In this document: piece after piece, positions 30,004-38,218 of the stretch
Layout: each line of letters begins with the position of its first letter
Numbering within the stretch: the stretch's first letter is position 1
DNA from: an uncultured candidate division Zixibacteria bacterium
GTDB lineage: Bacteria; Zixibacteria; MSB-5A5; RBG-16-43-9
Direction: 5' to 3'
Length of the DNA: 64,000 nucleotides
NCBI GenBank assembly: GCA_963713865.1
Contig: OY970208.1
Location: forward strand, 2,560,001 to 2,624,000
Translations under genes and position numbers: made by a program
The notes under the pieces: model-generated
The model's input: the letters and a program-made list of their open reading frames with translations, nothing else
Database searches by the model: none
Told to the model about the DNA's origin: nothing

Positions 30004-31092
30004 TTATCTTATTTTTAACGTGCTCAAAGTTAAAAGTGCAAATATTGCACCTGCAATCCAGAATCTCACCACCACTTTTGGCTCTTTCCAGCCTGAAAGC
30101 TCAAAATGATGATGAAGTGGTGTCATTTTAAAAATTCTTTTACCTTTACTCCATTTAAAATAACTTACCTGCAAAATAACTGAAAGAGCTTCCGCCACAA
30201 ATACCCCTCCCACGATTACCAGGAGCAACTCCTTCTTCACCATTACAGCAATAATTCCTAAGGAGCCACCTAAGGCTAAAGCCCCGGTATCCCCCATAAA
30301 TACTTCTGCCGGATAGGAGTTGAACCATAAGAAGCCCAGAGCTGCCCCTATTAGAGTCCCGCAGAAAATGGTCAACTCTCCACTTCCTTCTAAATAGGTT
30401 ATACCTAAATATCTGGAGAAATCGGTTCTACCTGTGACATAGGCTATACCAGCAAAGGCAACCGCACATAGACCGGTTAAACCTATAGCTAACCCATCCA
30501 ATCCGTCTGTTAAATTAACCGCATTGGAAGAACCGGTTAAGACTAACATCACAAATGGGATATACAAAATCCCGAAGTCCAGGAAGTAGTTTTTAATGAA
30601 TGGAATCTCCGTGGCCGTATCGAAATTACGAGAGGGAGGGAAAAAATAAAGAAGAGCACCTAAGACCAATCCTAAACTTATTTGCCCGACTAACTTTTTC
30701 CTACCCACCAACCCCTTAGGTTGATGCTTTAGAGCTTTGAGATAATCATCCATAAACCCTATCAAACCCATCCAGATAGTGGTTAAAAGTATCATTTGAA
30801 TATAGCGATTAGTAAGGTCAGCCCAAAGGGCAGTGGGCAGCACAACTGAGAAAAGGATAATCAGTCCACCCATAGTTGGCGTCCCCTCCTTCGTCAGATG
30901 GGATGCTGGCCCCTCTGCCCTTATCTTCTCCTTAACCTGTTTCTCCTTCAGCTTGCGAATAAAATATGGTCCCAGAATCAAACTTAATAAAAGCGCGGTA
31001 ATAGTAGCATAGGCCGTGCGGAAGGTTATATATTTAAATAGATTAAAAAAACTGATATTTTGACTCAAAGGATATAACAGGTGATAAAACAT
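30004..31092 (-). CDS. mraY: Phospho-MurNAc-pentapeptide transferase
   Basis: TPTMGG, DDY, NAVNLTDGLDGL, FMGDTG, PLHHHFE. Confidence 0.98.
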   Translation of the reverse strand: MFYHLLYPLSQNISFFNLFKYITFRTAYATITALLLSLILGPYFIRKLKEKQVKEKIRAEGPASHLTKEGTPTMGGLIILFSVVLPTALWADLTNRYIQMILLTTIWMGLIGFMDDYLKALKHQPKGLVGRKKLVGQISLGLVLGALLYFFPPSRNFDTATEIPFIKNYFLDFGILYIPFVMLVLTGSSNAVNLTDGLDGLAIGLTGLCAVAFAGIAYVTGRTDFSRYLGITYLEGSGELTIFCGTLIGAALGFLWFNSYPAEVFMGDTGALALGGSLGIIAVMVKKELLLVIVGGVFVAEALSVILQVSYFKWSKGKRIFKMTPLHHHFELSGWKEPKVVVRFWIAGAIFALLTLSTLKIR

Positions 31093-31100
31093 CTTACTTT

Positions 31101-32537
31101 TTAATCCTGCGGACGGATCCGTAGAACCGGAAAAAGTTTTTTCAAGCCATTTACTATCTCTTCCAATCCCATTTTCCTGGAACCTTTGAAAAGAATTAAG
31201 TCACCAGGTTTCATTATCTCTAAAAGATTTTCCAAAAGTCTTTTTTTATCCTGAAAAGAAAATACATTTTTCTTATCAAAACCTTTTTCTAAAGCCCCTT
31301 GAGCAATAGCTAAGGAAAGCTCTCCAAAGGTAAAAAGGTAGTCGATTCCATATTCTTTTACTTTCTCTCCGATATTTTTGTGAAACTCAAAAGATTTTTC
31401 ACCTAACTCCAGCATATCACCTAAGACTGCAATCTTTCTCCCATCTGTTTTAATCCCCCGTAGGGTCTCTAAAGCTTTTTCCATAGAGAAAGGGTTAGCA
31501 TTATAGGCATCATTTATGATTTTTATTCCATCTATCTCAGCAAATTCCATCCTCAGATCAAAAGGAGTATAATTTTCCAGGGTTTCTTTTATCTTTCCCT
31601 TTTCTACCCCTAAGATTGAACCTGCGGAGAATGCGGCTAAGGCATTATATAAATTATGCTTACCTAAAAGCTTAAGTTTAATCGGAACTGAGCTGTTAAC
31701 TGAAAAAGAGAAAAAGCCATTACCGTTTTGCATAATCTTTTCTGCAATAAAATCAGCTTTTCTTTCCAGACCAAAGGTATAGACTTTCTTCTCCTCTTTT
31801 TTAGCTCTTTCATAAAGATAGGGATCATCAACATTCAGAATTGCAGTTCCTTTTTCATCCATATTTTCTAAAAGTTCGAATTTTGCCCGAGCGATATTCT
31901 CTAAGCTTCCCATAAACTCTAAATGAGCTGGACCGATATTGGTGATCAGTCCAATATCCGGCTTCACCATTCTGGTAAGAATACCTATCTCTCCGGGCTG
32001 ATTCATCCCCAATTCTAAAACCAAGACTTCAATCTCCTGGGTAAGTTTTAGTAAAGTCAAGGGTACTCCTATCTGGTTATTAAAGCTTTTCTCTGAGCGC
32101 AAAACTTTATACTTTCTGGAGAGAATCTCTGCTATCATCTCCTTGGTAGTGGTCTTTCCATTCGTTCCGGCTATCCCCACAACTTTGAGCTTGAACTTAT
32201 CTTTATACCATTTAGCTATGTCCTGCAGGGCAGTTCTGGTATCTTCAACCAGGACTGCCCTTTTCTCTGAGGTGGAAGAGAAGAGATGTTTTTCTTTCTC
32301 TGAGAGTTTCTTTTCTTCCAGGATAACACAGGTCGCACCTTTATCCAGAGCATCTTTAACAAAGTGATGACCATCAAACCTCTCCCCTTTGATGGCAATA
32401 AAAAGATTCTTAGGCTCCACCTTCCTGGAATCTATAGAGACTCCCTTTATCTTAAAATCTTCTAAGGGTTTTTCAGGAAAAGGCTTACCTTTAACTATAT
32501 CTATAAGCTCATTATACTTTAGCTCTATCATAGACAT
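31101..32537 (-). CDS. murF: UDP-MurNAc-tripeptide--D-Ala-D-Ala ligase
   Basis: DSR, DGH, GKTTTKE, NNQIGVP, DAYNANP, GDMLELG, KGSR. Confidence 0.96.
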   Translation of the reverse strand: MSMIELKYNELIDIVKGKPFPEKPLEDFKIKGVSIDSRKVEPKNLFIAIKGERFDGHHFVKDALDKGATCVILEEKKLSEKEKHLFSSTSEKRAVLVEDTRTALQDIAKWYKDKFKLKVVGIAGTNGKTTTKEMIAEILSRKYKVLRSEKSFNNQIGVPLTLLKLTQEIEVLVLELGMNQPGEIGILTRMVKPDIGLITNIGPAHLEFMGSLENIARAKFELLENMDEKGTAILNVDDPYLYERAKKEEKKVYTFGLERKADFIAEKIMQNGNGFFSFSVNSSVPIKLKLLGKHNLYNALAAFSAGSILGVEKGKIKETLENYTPFDLRMEFAEIDGIKIINDAYNANPFSMEKALETLRGIKTDGRKIAVLGDMLELGEKSFEFHKNIGEKVKEYGIDYLFTFGELSLAIAQGALEKGFDKKNVFSFQDKKRLLENLLEIMKPGDLILFKGSRKMGLEEIVNGLKKLFPVLRIRPQD

Positions 32538-33993
32538 ATCCCAATCTTTTTAACTCTTCTTCAACAATCTCTCTTTCACTAAAATGGAGTTTCTCCTTGC
32601 CTATAACCTGAGAAGTTTCATGTCCCTTACCAGCCAGTACTACCGTATCATCTTTTTTTGCCATTTTCAAAGCTGAAATTATCCCTTCTTTTCTATCCAG
32701 GATTACCTCTACCTTAGACCTATCAATAACACCATTTAAGATCTCCTGTATAATATTCTCCGGGTTTTCACTTCTCGGATTATCAGTAGTAAGAATTAGG
32801 TGATCTGAGAACTGGCTGGCAATTCTCCCCATAGGTTCCCTTTTGGTACTATCCCGGTCCCCACCACATCCAAACACAAAGATTATCTTGCCCTTAGTCA
32901 TCTTTTTCACTGTCTGCAGTAAATTCTCAAAAGCAAACGGAGTATGAGCATAATCGATTATCACCTTGAAACCCTGACCCAAATCCACCTGCTCTAATCT
33001 TCCTTTGACCCCGGAGAAATTCTCTAAACCTTTTTTTATCTTTTCCAGACTTGTTCCGGTGACAAAAGCAGAGGCAGTCGAAGCTAAAGCATTATAAATG
33101 TTTACTTCACCTAATACTTTTAGATCTATTTCTAAGTGTCCGGACGGGGTAGAAATGTCCAGCTTATAACCTGAATTGTATGGTAAAAAATTTTTCAAAT
33201 AGAAATCAGCATTCTTATTTTTAAATGAATAAGTTACTCTCTGTGCTTTAGTTATCCGGTAAAAATATTCCCACTCCGGGTCATCAATATTTATAATGGC
33301 ATAAGCATCATCTTTCAAGCTCTGGAATAGAATCCCTTTAGCTTCTTTATATGATTTCATATTTTTATGAAAATCTAAATGCTCCGGGTTTAAGTTAGTA
33401 AGGACAGCCACATCGAAATCTACCATTTTAACCCGACCTAAGACTAAGGAATGGGAAGAAACCTCCATAGCCACGGAGCTGACCTTTTTTTTAAGCATCT
33501 CTGAGAGCATCCTCTGCAGGTCAAGTGATTCCGGAGTGGTATTCAGGGCTTGTACCCTTTTTTCTCCTATGAAATGAGCTATGGTCCCGATTAAACCTGT
33601 TTTTTCTCCGGAATTTTCCCAGATAGATTTCAACATATAGGTGATGGTGGTCTTACCATTTGTTCCGGTAATGCCAATAACTTTCATTTTATAAGAAGGG
33701 TTATCATAGTATACAGCAGAAAGGTAAGCTAAGGCCTCTCTTGCATTTTTTACGATAACCTGGGCTTTTAAAGGATAGTTCCCTTTTCTCTCTAAGACAC
33801 AGGCAATTGCTCCTTTCTTGATGGCTGAATTTATGAATTTATGTCCATCTTGTTCAAAACCAGCGATAGCGAAAAACAGGTCATTTATTTCAACTTTTCT
33901 GGAATCATATTCTAATTTATTTATATTGTATCCTGTATCACCTATAATCTCCTTCTGCGGCAGGGTATCTATAAGAATCTTTAACTTAATCAT
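32512..33993 (-). CDS. murE: UDP-MurNAc-dipeptide--meso-DAP ligase
   Basis: GTNGKTT, EVSSH, DYAHTP, GCGGDRD, DNPR (DAP-type), AGKGHE. Confidence 0.97.
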   Translation of the reverse strand: MIKLKILIDTLPQKEIIGDTGYNINKLEYDSRKVEINDLFFAIAGFEQDGHKFINSAIKKGAIACVLERKGNYPLKAQVIVKNAREALAYLSAVYYDNPSYKMKVIGITGTNGKTTITYMLKSIWENSGEKTGLIGTIAHFIGEKRVQALNTTPESLDLQRMLSEMLKKKVSSVAMEVSSHSLVLGRVKMVDFDVAVLTNLNPEHLDFHKNMKSYKEAKGILFQSLKDDAYAIINIDDPEWEYFYRITKAQRVTYSFKNKNADFYLKNFLPYNSGYKLDISTPSGHLEIDLKVLGEVNIYNALASTASAFVTGTSLEKIKKGLENFSGVKGRLEQVDLGQGFKVIIDYAHTPFAFENLLQTVKKMTKGKIIFVFGCGGDRDSTKREPMGRIASQFSDHLILTTDNPRSENPENIIQEILNGVIDRSKVEVILDRKEGIISALKMAKKDDTVVLAGKGHETSQVIGKEKLHFSEREIVEEELKRLGYVYDRAKV

Positions 33994-36058
33994 CTATTTT
34001 GCACTCCAGAAAACAATTTTCTCCTTGCACAAGTTTAGTTCCTGGTAAGGGTATCTGTTTTTTAACCTTCCCACTCCCTTCGATTTTAAAGGGGATGGAA
34101 TGAGCGCCAAGTAACTTTACTGCTTCCCTGACAGTAAATCCTGTTACTTTTGGCATAATATTTATAGAACCATTCGTTTTGTTACATTCCGCAAGATTAA
34201 GCTCCGAATCTTGACCCGTAGGCGTTGCCTTTTTAATATATGGAGGAACCTCTGACATAGTTCTATTTAGATTTTTATCCCTGTTTATGTTATCTATAGG
34301 CTTTTGTTTGGAAACAACTGCATAAGAGAACTCTGCTCCTGAGGGTTCATCATTAGATTTTCCTCTCTCACTTTCAAAAACTATATTCTGACCTGGTATA
34401 ATTTTCTCGGTAATCCTTTTAAAGGCTGGCGCCGCGGTTTGACCCCCATAATGCAGACCTTTTGGAGAATCTAAAATTATAAGTCCGACAATCTGGGGAT
34501 TTTCTGCTGGAAAGAACCCAACAAATGAAGCTATATATTTATCTTTTTCATATCCCCTTGCACCAACTCTCGGCTTTTCAGCTGTGCCAGTCTTACCAGC
34601 TATATCAACTCCTTCGATCTGGACTGTACTTGCTGTCCCCTCATTGACCACTCCCCTTAGGAAGTCTGTTAGAAGATATGATGTTTTAGGCTCTAACGCT
34701 TTTCTTATAACCTTAGGTTGAAACTCCTGAACTACTTTCCCCTCCTCATTCAGAATTGCCTTAACCACATAAGGCTTAAGAAGATACCCACCATTAGCAA
34801 TAGCAGAGTAAGCTCTTATAAGTTGAAGTGGAGTAATGGAGAACCCCTGCCCTATGGCAAAAGTTGCCAGGGTAATATTAGACCATTTTCCAGGAGCAGG
34901 TAAAATTCCCTGCGCTTCTCCAGGCAGGTCTATCCCGGTCTTCTCACCAAATCCTAATCTCTTAGCATAGTCAAAAAGTGATTCTTCTCCAACCTCCATT
35001 GCTACCTTTGTCATCCCGATGTTACTGGAGAAGACCACGCACTCTTTAAAGGTAAGCCATCCATATTCATGAATATCATGGATAAACCTTTTCCCGATCT
35101 TAAATTTTCCCATCTCTGCAAAGATGCGGTCTTCAGGTTTTTTTATCCCTTTTTCCAGTGCGGCTGCGGCTGTAACTATTTTAAAAGTTGAGCCAGGCTC
35201 AAAATTATCACAGACCACCTTATTTTTGACCCTCAGCTCATTGTATTTACCTTGAGAATTCTCTCTTGAAACATAAGCCATAGCTAAAATCTCCCCGGTA
35301 TTTGGATTCATAAGGATACTTGAGCCTGCTTCCGATTTGGTAAGATCAACTGAATTCTTCAGTTCCTCTTCTAATTTTGCCTGAAGATCTAAATCGATAG
35401 TTAACACCAGGCTTTTTCCGCTCTGCGGATATACCAGTGGATAATTTTTTATCTGATAGGAGTTCCCCCAGCCATCTTTTTGAAAAAGTCCCTCCCCATC
35501 TTTACCCTTAAGGAGCTGGTCATATTGATATTCTATGCCAGCTAACCCTTTATTGTCTATATCCACAAAACCTATAAGGTCCGAAGTTAAAGGAAAACAG
35601 GGATAACTTCTTTTGGTCTCCTCCTGGATATATACACCTTTTAAATTCCAGCTTTTTATCTTTAAAGCCTCCTTCTCCTCACATTTTCTCTCAAGCCATA
35701 CAAATTTCTTTCCTTCCTGGTTAAAAGAGCTTCTTAATTGCTCATAAGTTTTGCCAGTTGAATTAGAGAATTTTCCTGCTACCAGATTCTTGTTGGAGAT
35801 ACTATCCGGCACCGCAAAAAACGACTCAGCTGGAAGATTAAAGGCTAAAAGCTTTAAATTCCGGTCATAGATCACCCCCCGTTTTGCCTCTAATTTTAAT
35901 CTGGCCTCCTGCTGCCTGGTGGCGATCTTTTGGATCTGGTTACTTCTGAGCACCTGAAAATAAAAAAGACGCAGGAATATCACCAGCGTAAATAAAATAG
36001 TAAGAAGAAAAAGGATTGTGCTTCTTCTTTTAAGTTCTATCTTCTTCTTAGAGGTCAT
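33986..36058 (-). CDS. ftsI: Class B penicillin-binding protein with C-terminal PASTA-like domain
   Basis: RGVIYDRN, STFK, SSN and KTG motifs. Confidence 0.93.
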   Translation of the reverse strand: MTSKKKIELKRRSTILFLLTILFTLVIFLRLFYFQVLRSNQIQKIATRQQEARLKLEAKRGVIYDRNLKLLAFNLPAESFFAVPDSISNKNLVAGKFSNSTGKTYEQLRSSFNQEGKKFVWLERKCEEKEALKIKSWNLKGVYIQEETKRSYPCFPLTSDLIGFVDIDNKGLAGIEYQYDQLLKGKDGEGLFQKDGWGNSYQIKNYPLVYPQSGKSLVLTIDLDLQAKLEEELKNSVDLTKSEAGSSILMNPNTGEILAMAYVSRENSQGKYNELRVKNKVVCDNFEPGSTFKIVTAAAALEKGIKKPEDRIFAEMGKFKIGKRFIHDIHEYGWLTFKECVVFSSNIGMTKVAMEVGEESLFDYAKRLGFGEKTGIDLPGEAQGILPAPGKWSNITLATFAIGQGFSITPLQLIRAYSAIANGGYLLKPYVVKAILNEEGKVVQEFQPKVIRKALEPKTSYLLTDFLRGVVNEGTASTVQIEGVDIAGKTGTAEKPRVGARGYEKDKYIASFVGFFPAENPQIVGLIILDSPKGLHYGGQTAAPAFKRITEKIIPGQNIVFESERGKSNDEPSGAEFSYAVVSKQKPIDNINRDKNLNRTMSEVPPYIKKATPTGQDSELNLAECNKTNGSINIMPKVTGFTVREAVKLLGAHSIPFKIEGSGKVKKQIPLPGTKLVQGENCFLECKIDD

Positions 36059-36488
36059 GTTTTATCTCTTTAGCCTGTACCCCCTTCTCTCCGAAAGGGT
36101 ACAGTTTTCCACCTAAGTTTTTGAGCTTAACCCAGATATTACCCGGCAGAGATGATTGTTTAATCTGTTTTTCATCTACCAGGACGATTTGTTCTCTCGG
36201 AGGGTGGATAAGTCCAAACTCATTCTGAGCGATCTTCTCAATCCTTTCAAAGGAGCTAAGCTCTGTTATTTCTAAGTTCAGATATTTATATTTTTTCTCT
36301 TCTTGAGCTAAAAGTATTTTTTGCTTTTCAATCTCCCTTAGAAGCTTTATAACCATAACCCTCTGCCAGACATAAAGGGTAGAGAAACCTATCAGAAGTA
36401 AAAGGATTAGAAAAAAGATTTTATTAGGATATTTTCTAATTCGTTTCTTATAGGTCCTGGGACGAAAAAAGAAATTAAGTTCTGACAA
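36048..36488 (-). CDS. ftsL: Cell division protein FtsL
   Basis: TM plus coiled coil, RIEKIA..EFGL; lies between rsmH and ftsI; TTG start with AAGGAG. Confidence 0.8.
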   Translation of the reverse strand: MSELNFFFRPRTYKKRIRKYPNKIFFLILLLLIGFSTLYVWQRVMVIKLLREIEKQKILLAQEEKKYKYLNLEITELSSFERIEKIAQNEFGLIHPPREQIVLVDEKQIKQSSLPGNIWVKLKNLGGKLYPFGEKGVQAKEIKHDL

Positions 36489-36517
36489 AAGTCTCCTTTA
36501 TTCCCGACTGAGATGGA

Positions 36518-37465
36518 CTAAGCTATTTTTTCAGCCGCTCTGAACTTGGCACTTCTTGCTCGCGGGTTTTCTCTTATCTCCTCTTTTTCCGGGATAACCG
36601 GTTTACGTGTCAAAACTTGCAGAGTTTTCTTCCCTCCGCAGACACAGACTGGAAAATCAGGCGGACAGCTACATCCTTTTGAAAGCTCATAGAATTTATT
36701 TTTAACCAGCCTGTCCTCTAAAGAATGATAGGAGATCACACAGATCCTGCCACTTGAGCACAGGGCTTCAATTCCACTTTCTAAACCCTTTTTCAATTCA
36801 GAAAGCTCCTGGTTGACTTCAATTCTCAGAGCTTGAAAAATTCGGGAAAGGGTTTTAAGATCATATCTTGTTTTTAAGATACTCCTCACTATATCTTTTA
36901 TTGTCTGAGTAGTTTCAATCCTTTTTACCCTTCTATTCTGCACAATCGCTTGAGCTATCCTTCTGGAAAATCTTTCCTCCCCGTATTCTTTAAAGATCTG
37001 GCTCAGTTTTTCAACCGGATATTCGTTCACCACTTCTTCTGCTTTTTTACTTTCGTTCTGGTCAAATCTCATATCCAATGGACCCTTTGAAGAATAGCTA
37101 AAACCCCTTTCCGGATCATCTAATTGATAGGAGGAAAGTCCTAAATCGAAAAGGATCCCATCAATTTTTTCCAGATTTAAACTTTTTAATAGCTCAGGGA
37201 TTTGACTGTAGCTTTGCTGGAAAAACCTTACTTTCTTTCCAAACCTCCCAAGCCTTTCCTTGGATATCTTTAAGGATTCCTCATCCTTATCTATCCCTAA
37301 GAGCTGTCCTCCCTCGTTCAGCTCTTCTAAAATCCCTTCTGAATGACCTCCACACCCTATAGTTGCATCTATATATATTCCAGACTTATTGGTGATTAGA
37401 TATTCTATCGCCTTCTCTTTGAGAACCGGTTTATGGTAAGTCGTTCCAGTTTTCGTTTTCTTCAA
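36518..37465 (-). CDS. rsmH: 16S rRNA m4C1402 methyltransferase
   Basis: HKPVL, DATIGCGGHS, DLGLSSYQLD, FQALRIEVN, YHSLEDR, NPRARSAK. Confidence 0.97.
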   Translation of the reverse strand: MKKTKTGTTYHKPVLKEKAIEYLITNKSGIYIDATIGCGGHSEGILEELNEGGQLLGIDKDEESLKISKERLGRFGKKVRFFQQSYSQIPELLKSLNLEKIDGILFDLGLSSYQLDDPERGFSYSSKGPLDMRFDQNESKKAEEVVNEYPVEKLSQIFKEYGEERFSRRIAQAIVQNRRVKRIETTQTIKDIVRSILKTRYDLKTLSRIFQALRIEVNQELSELKKGLESGIEALCSSGRICVISYHSLEDRLVKNKFYELSKGCSCPPDFPVCVCGGKKTLQVLTRKPVIPEKEEIRENPRARSAKFRAAEKIA

Positions 37466-37892
37466 ATATCTCCTCTATAGTCTTCTTACCCTCACCACCC
37501 ATTACGTACTTCTGGAAGTTATCCGGATTCCAGAGCTCGATCCGGTCTGGTAGTTTAATTATATGAACATCTTTTTCTATCTTGGCATAATCTAAATGTT
37601 CCTGGGGAATTGCCATCCTGCCCTGCTTGTCTAATTGTGTTTCGCTGGCATTAGAGAAAATAATCCTTAGTAAACGCCTGACATCACCTTTGTTAGAATG
37701 TAGTTTTCTAACCTTATCTATAAACCTTTCCCATTCATCCATGGAATAAACCGCAAGACAGCCTTCCAAGCCAATTGTAATCATATAGGTATCGTTCAGA
37801 GCTGAACTATTTGTTTTTCTGAATTTGGCTGGAAGACTTACTCTACCCTTGTGGTCAACTGAGTATTTGTAAGAACTTTTGGTGAAGGGCAT
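37431..37892 (-). CDS. mraZ: Transcriptional regulator MraZ
   Basis: Duplicated DxKGR/DxQGR motifs, IELW. Confidence 0.95.
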   Translation of the reverse strand: MPFTKSSYKYSVDHKGRVSLPAKFRKTNSSALNDTYMITIGLEGCLAVYSMDEWERFIDKVRKLHSNKGDVRRLLRIIFSNASETQLDKQGRMAIPQEHLDYAKIEKDVHIIKLPDRIELWNPDNFQKYVMGGEGKKTIEEIFEENENWNDLP

Positions 37893-37918
37893 TTTTAGTT
37901 AATTTTTAGGTTTTTTTG

Positions 37919-37942
37919 CCACCATATACCACGGCTTGCCAC
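37919..37942 (-). promoter_or_regulatory. MraZ operator (three GTGG repeats at 10-bp period)
   Basis: Minus strand GTGG-caagcc-GTGG-tatatg-GTGG directly after the -10 box. Confidence 0.8.
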
Positions 37943-37944
37943 CA

Positions 37945-37972
37945 ATATTATCTTTCCTATGTTTTTTGTCAA
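37945..37972 (-). promoter_or_regulatory. Sigma70-type promoter of the dcw operon
   Basis: TTGACA-N16-TAATAT. Confidence 0.65.
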
Positions 37973-38155
37973 GTAAAAAATTAAAAATTTTAAAATTTTT
38001 TTAAAAATCTGTAAGTATAGGAAAATCACCACTATTTATGGAGTTATTCCCTTAATATCTTGATTCAAATTTTCAACTTAAAAGTCTTTTAAATTTAAGT
38101 TCTTCTCTTAAAACAGAATAGACGAATCATTGAATTATCTACTTTCATATTATTC

Positions 38156-38170
38156 TGGCAAACCTTTTGC
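38156..38170 (+). promoter_or_regulatory. Candidate sigma54 (-24/-12) promoter upstream of the C25 gene
   Basis: TGGCA-aacctt-TTGC with exact GG-N10-GC spacing. Confidence 0.5.
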
Positions 38171-38218
38171 CATAATGTTATTGATTACTTAGAAATTCTC
38201 TAATGAGGGGGAGACTAA

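Noticed and set aside
29859..30131. 90-aa ORF with a QGQIRP repeat
   Set aside because: It is a translation of the intergenic repeat and antisense mraY.
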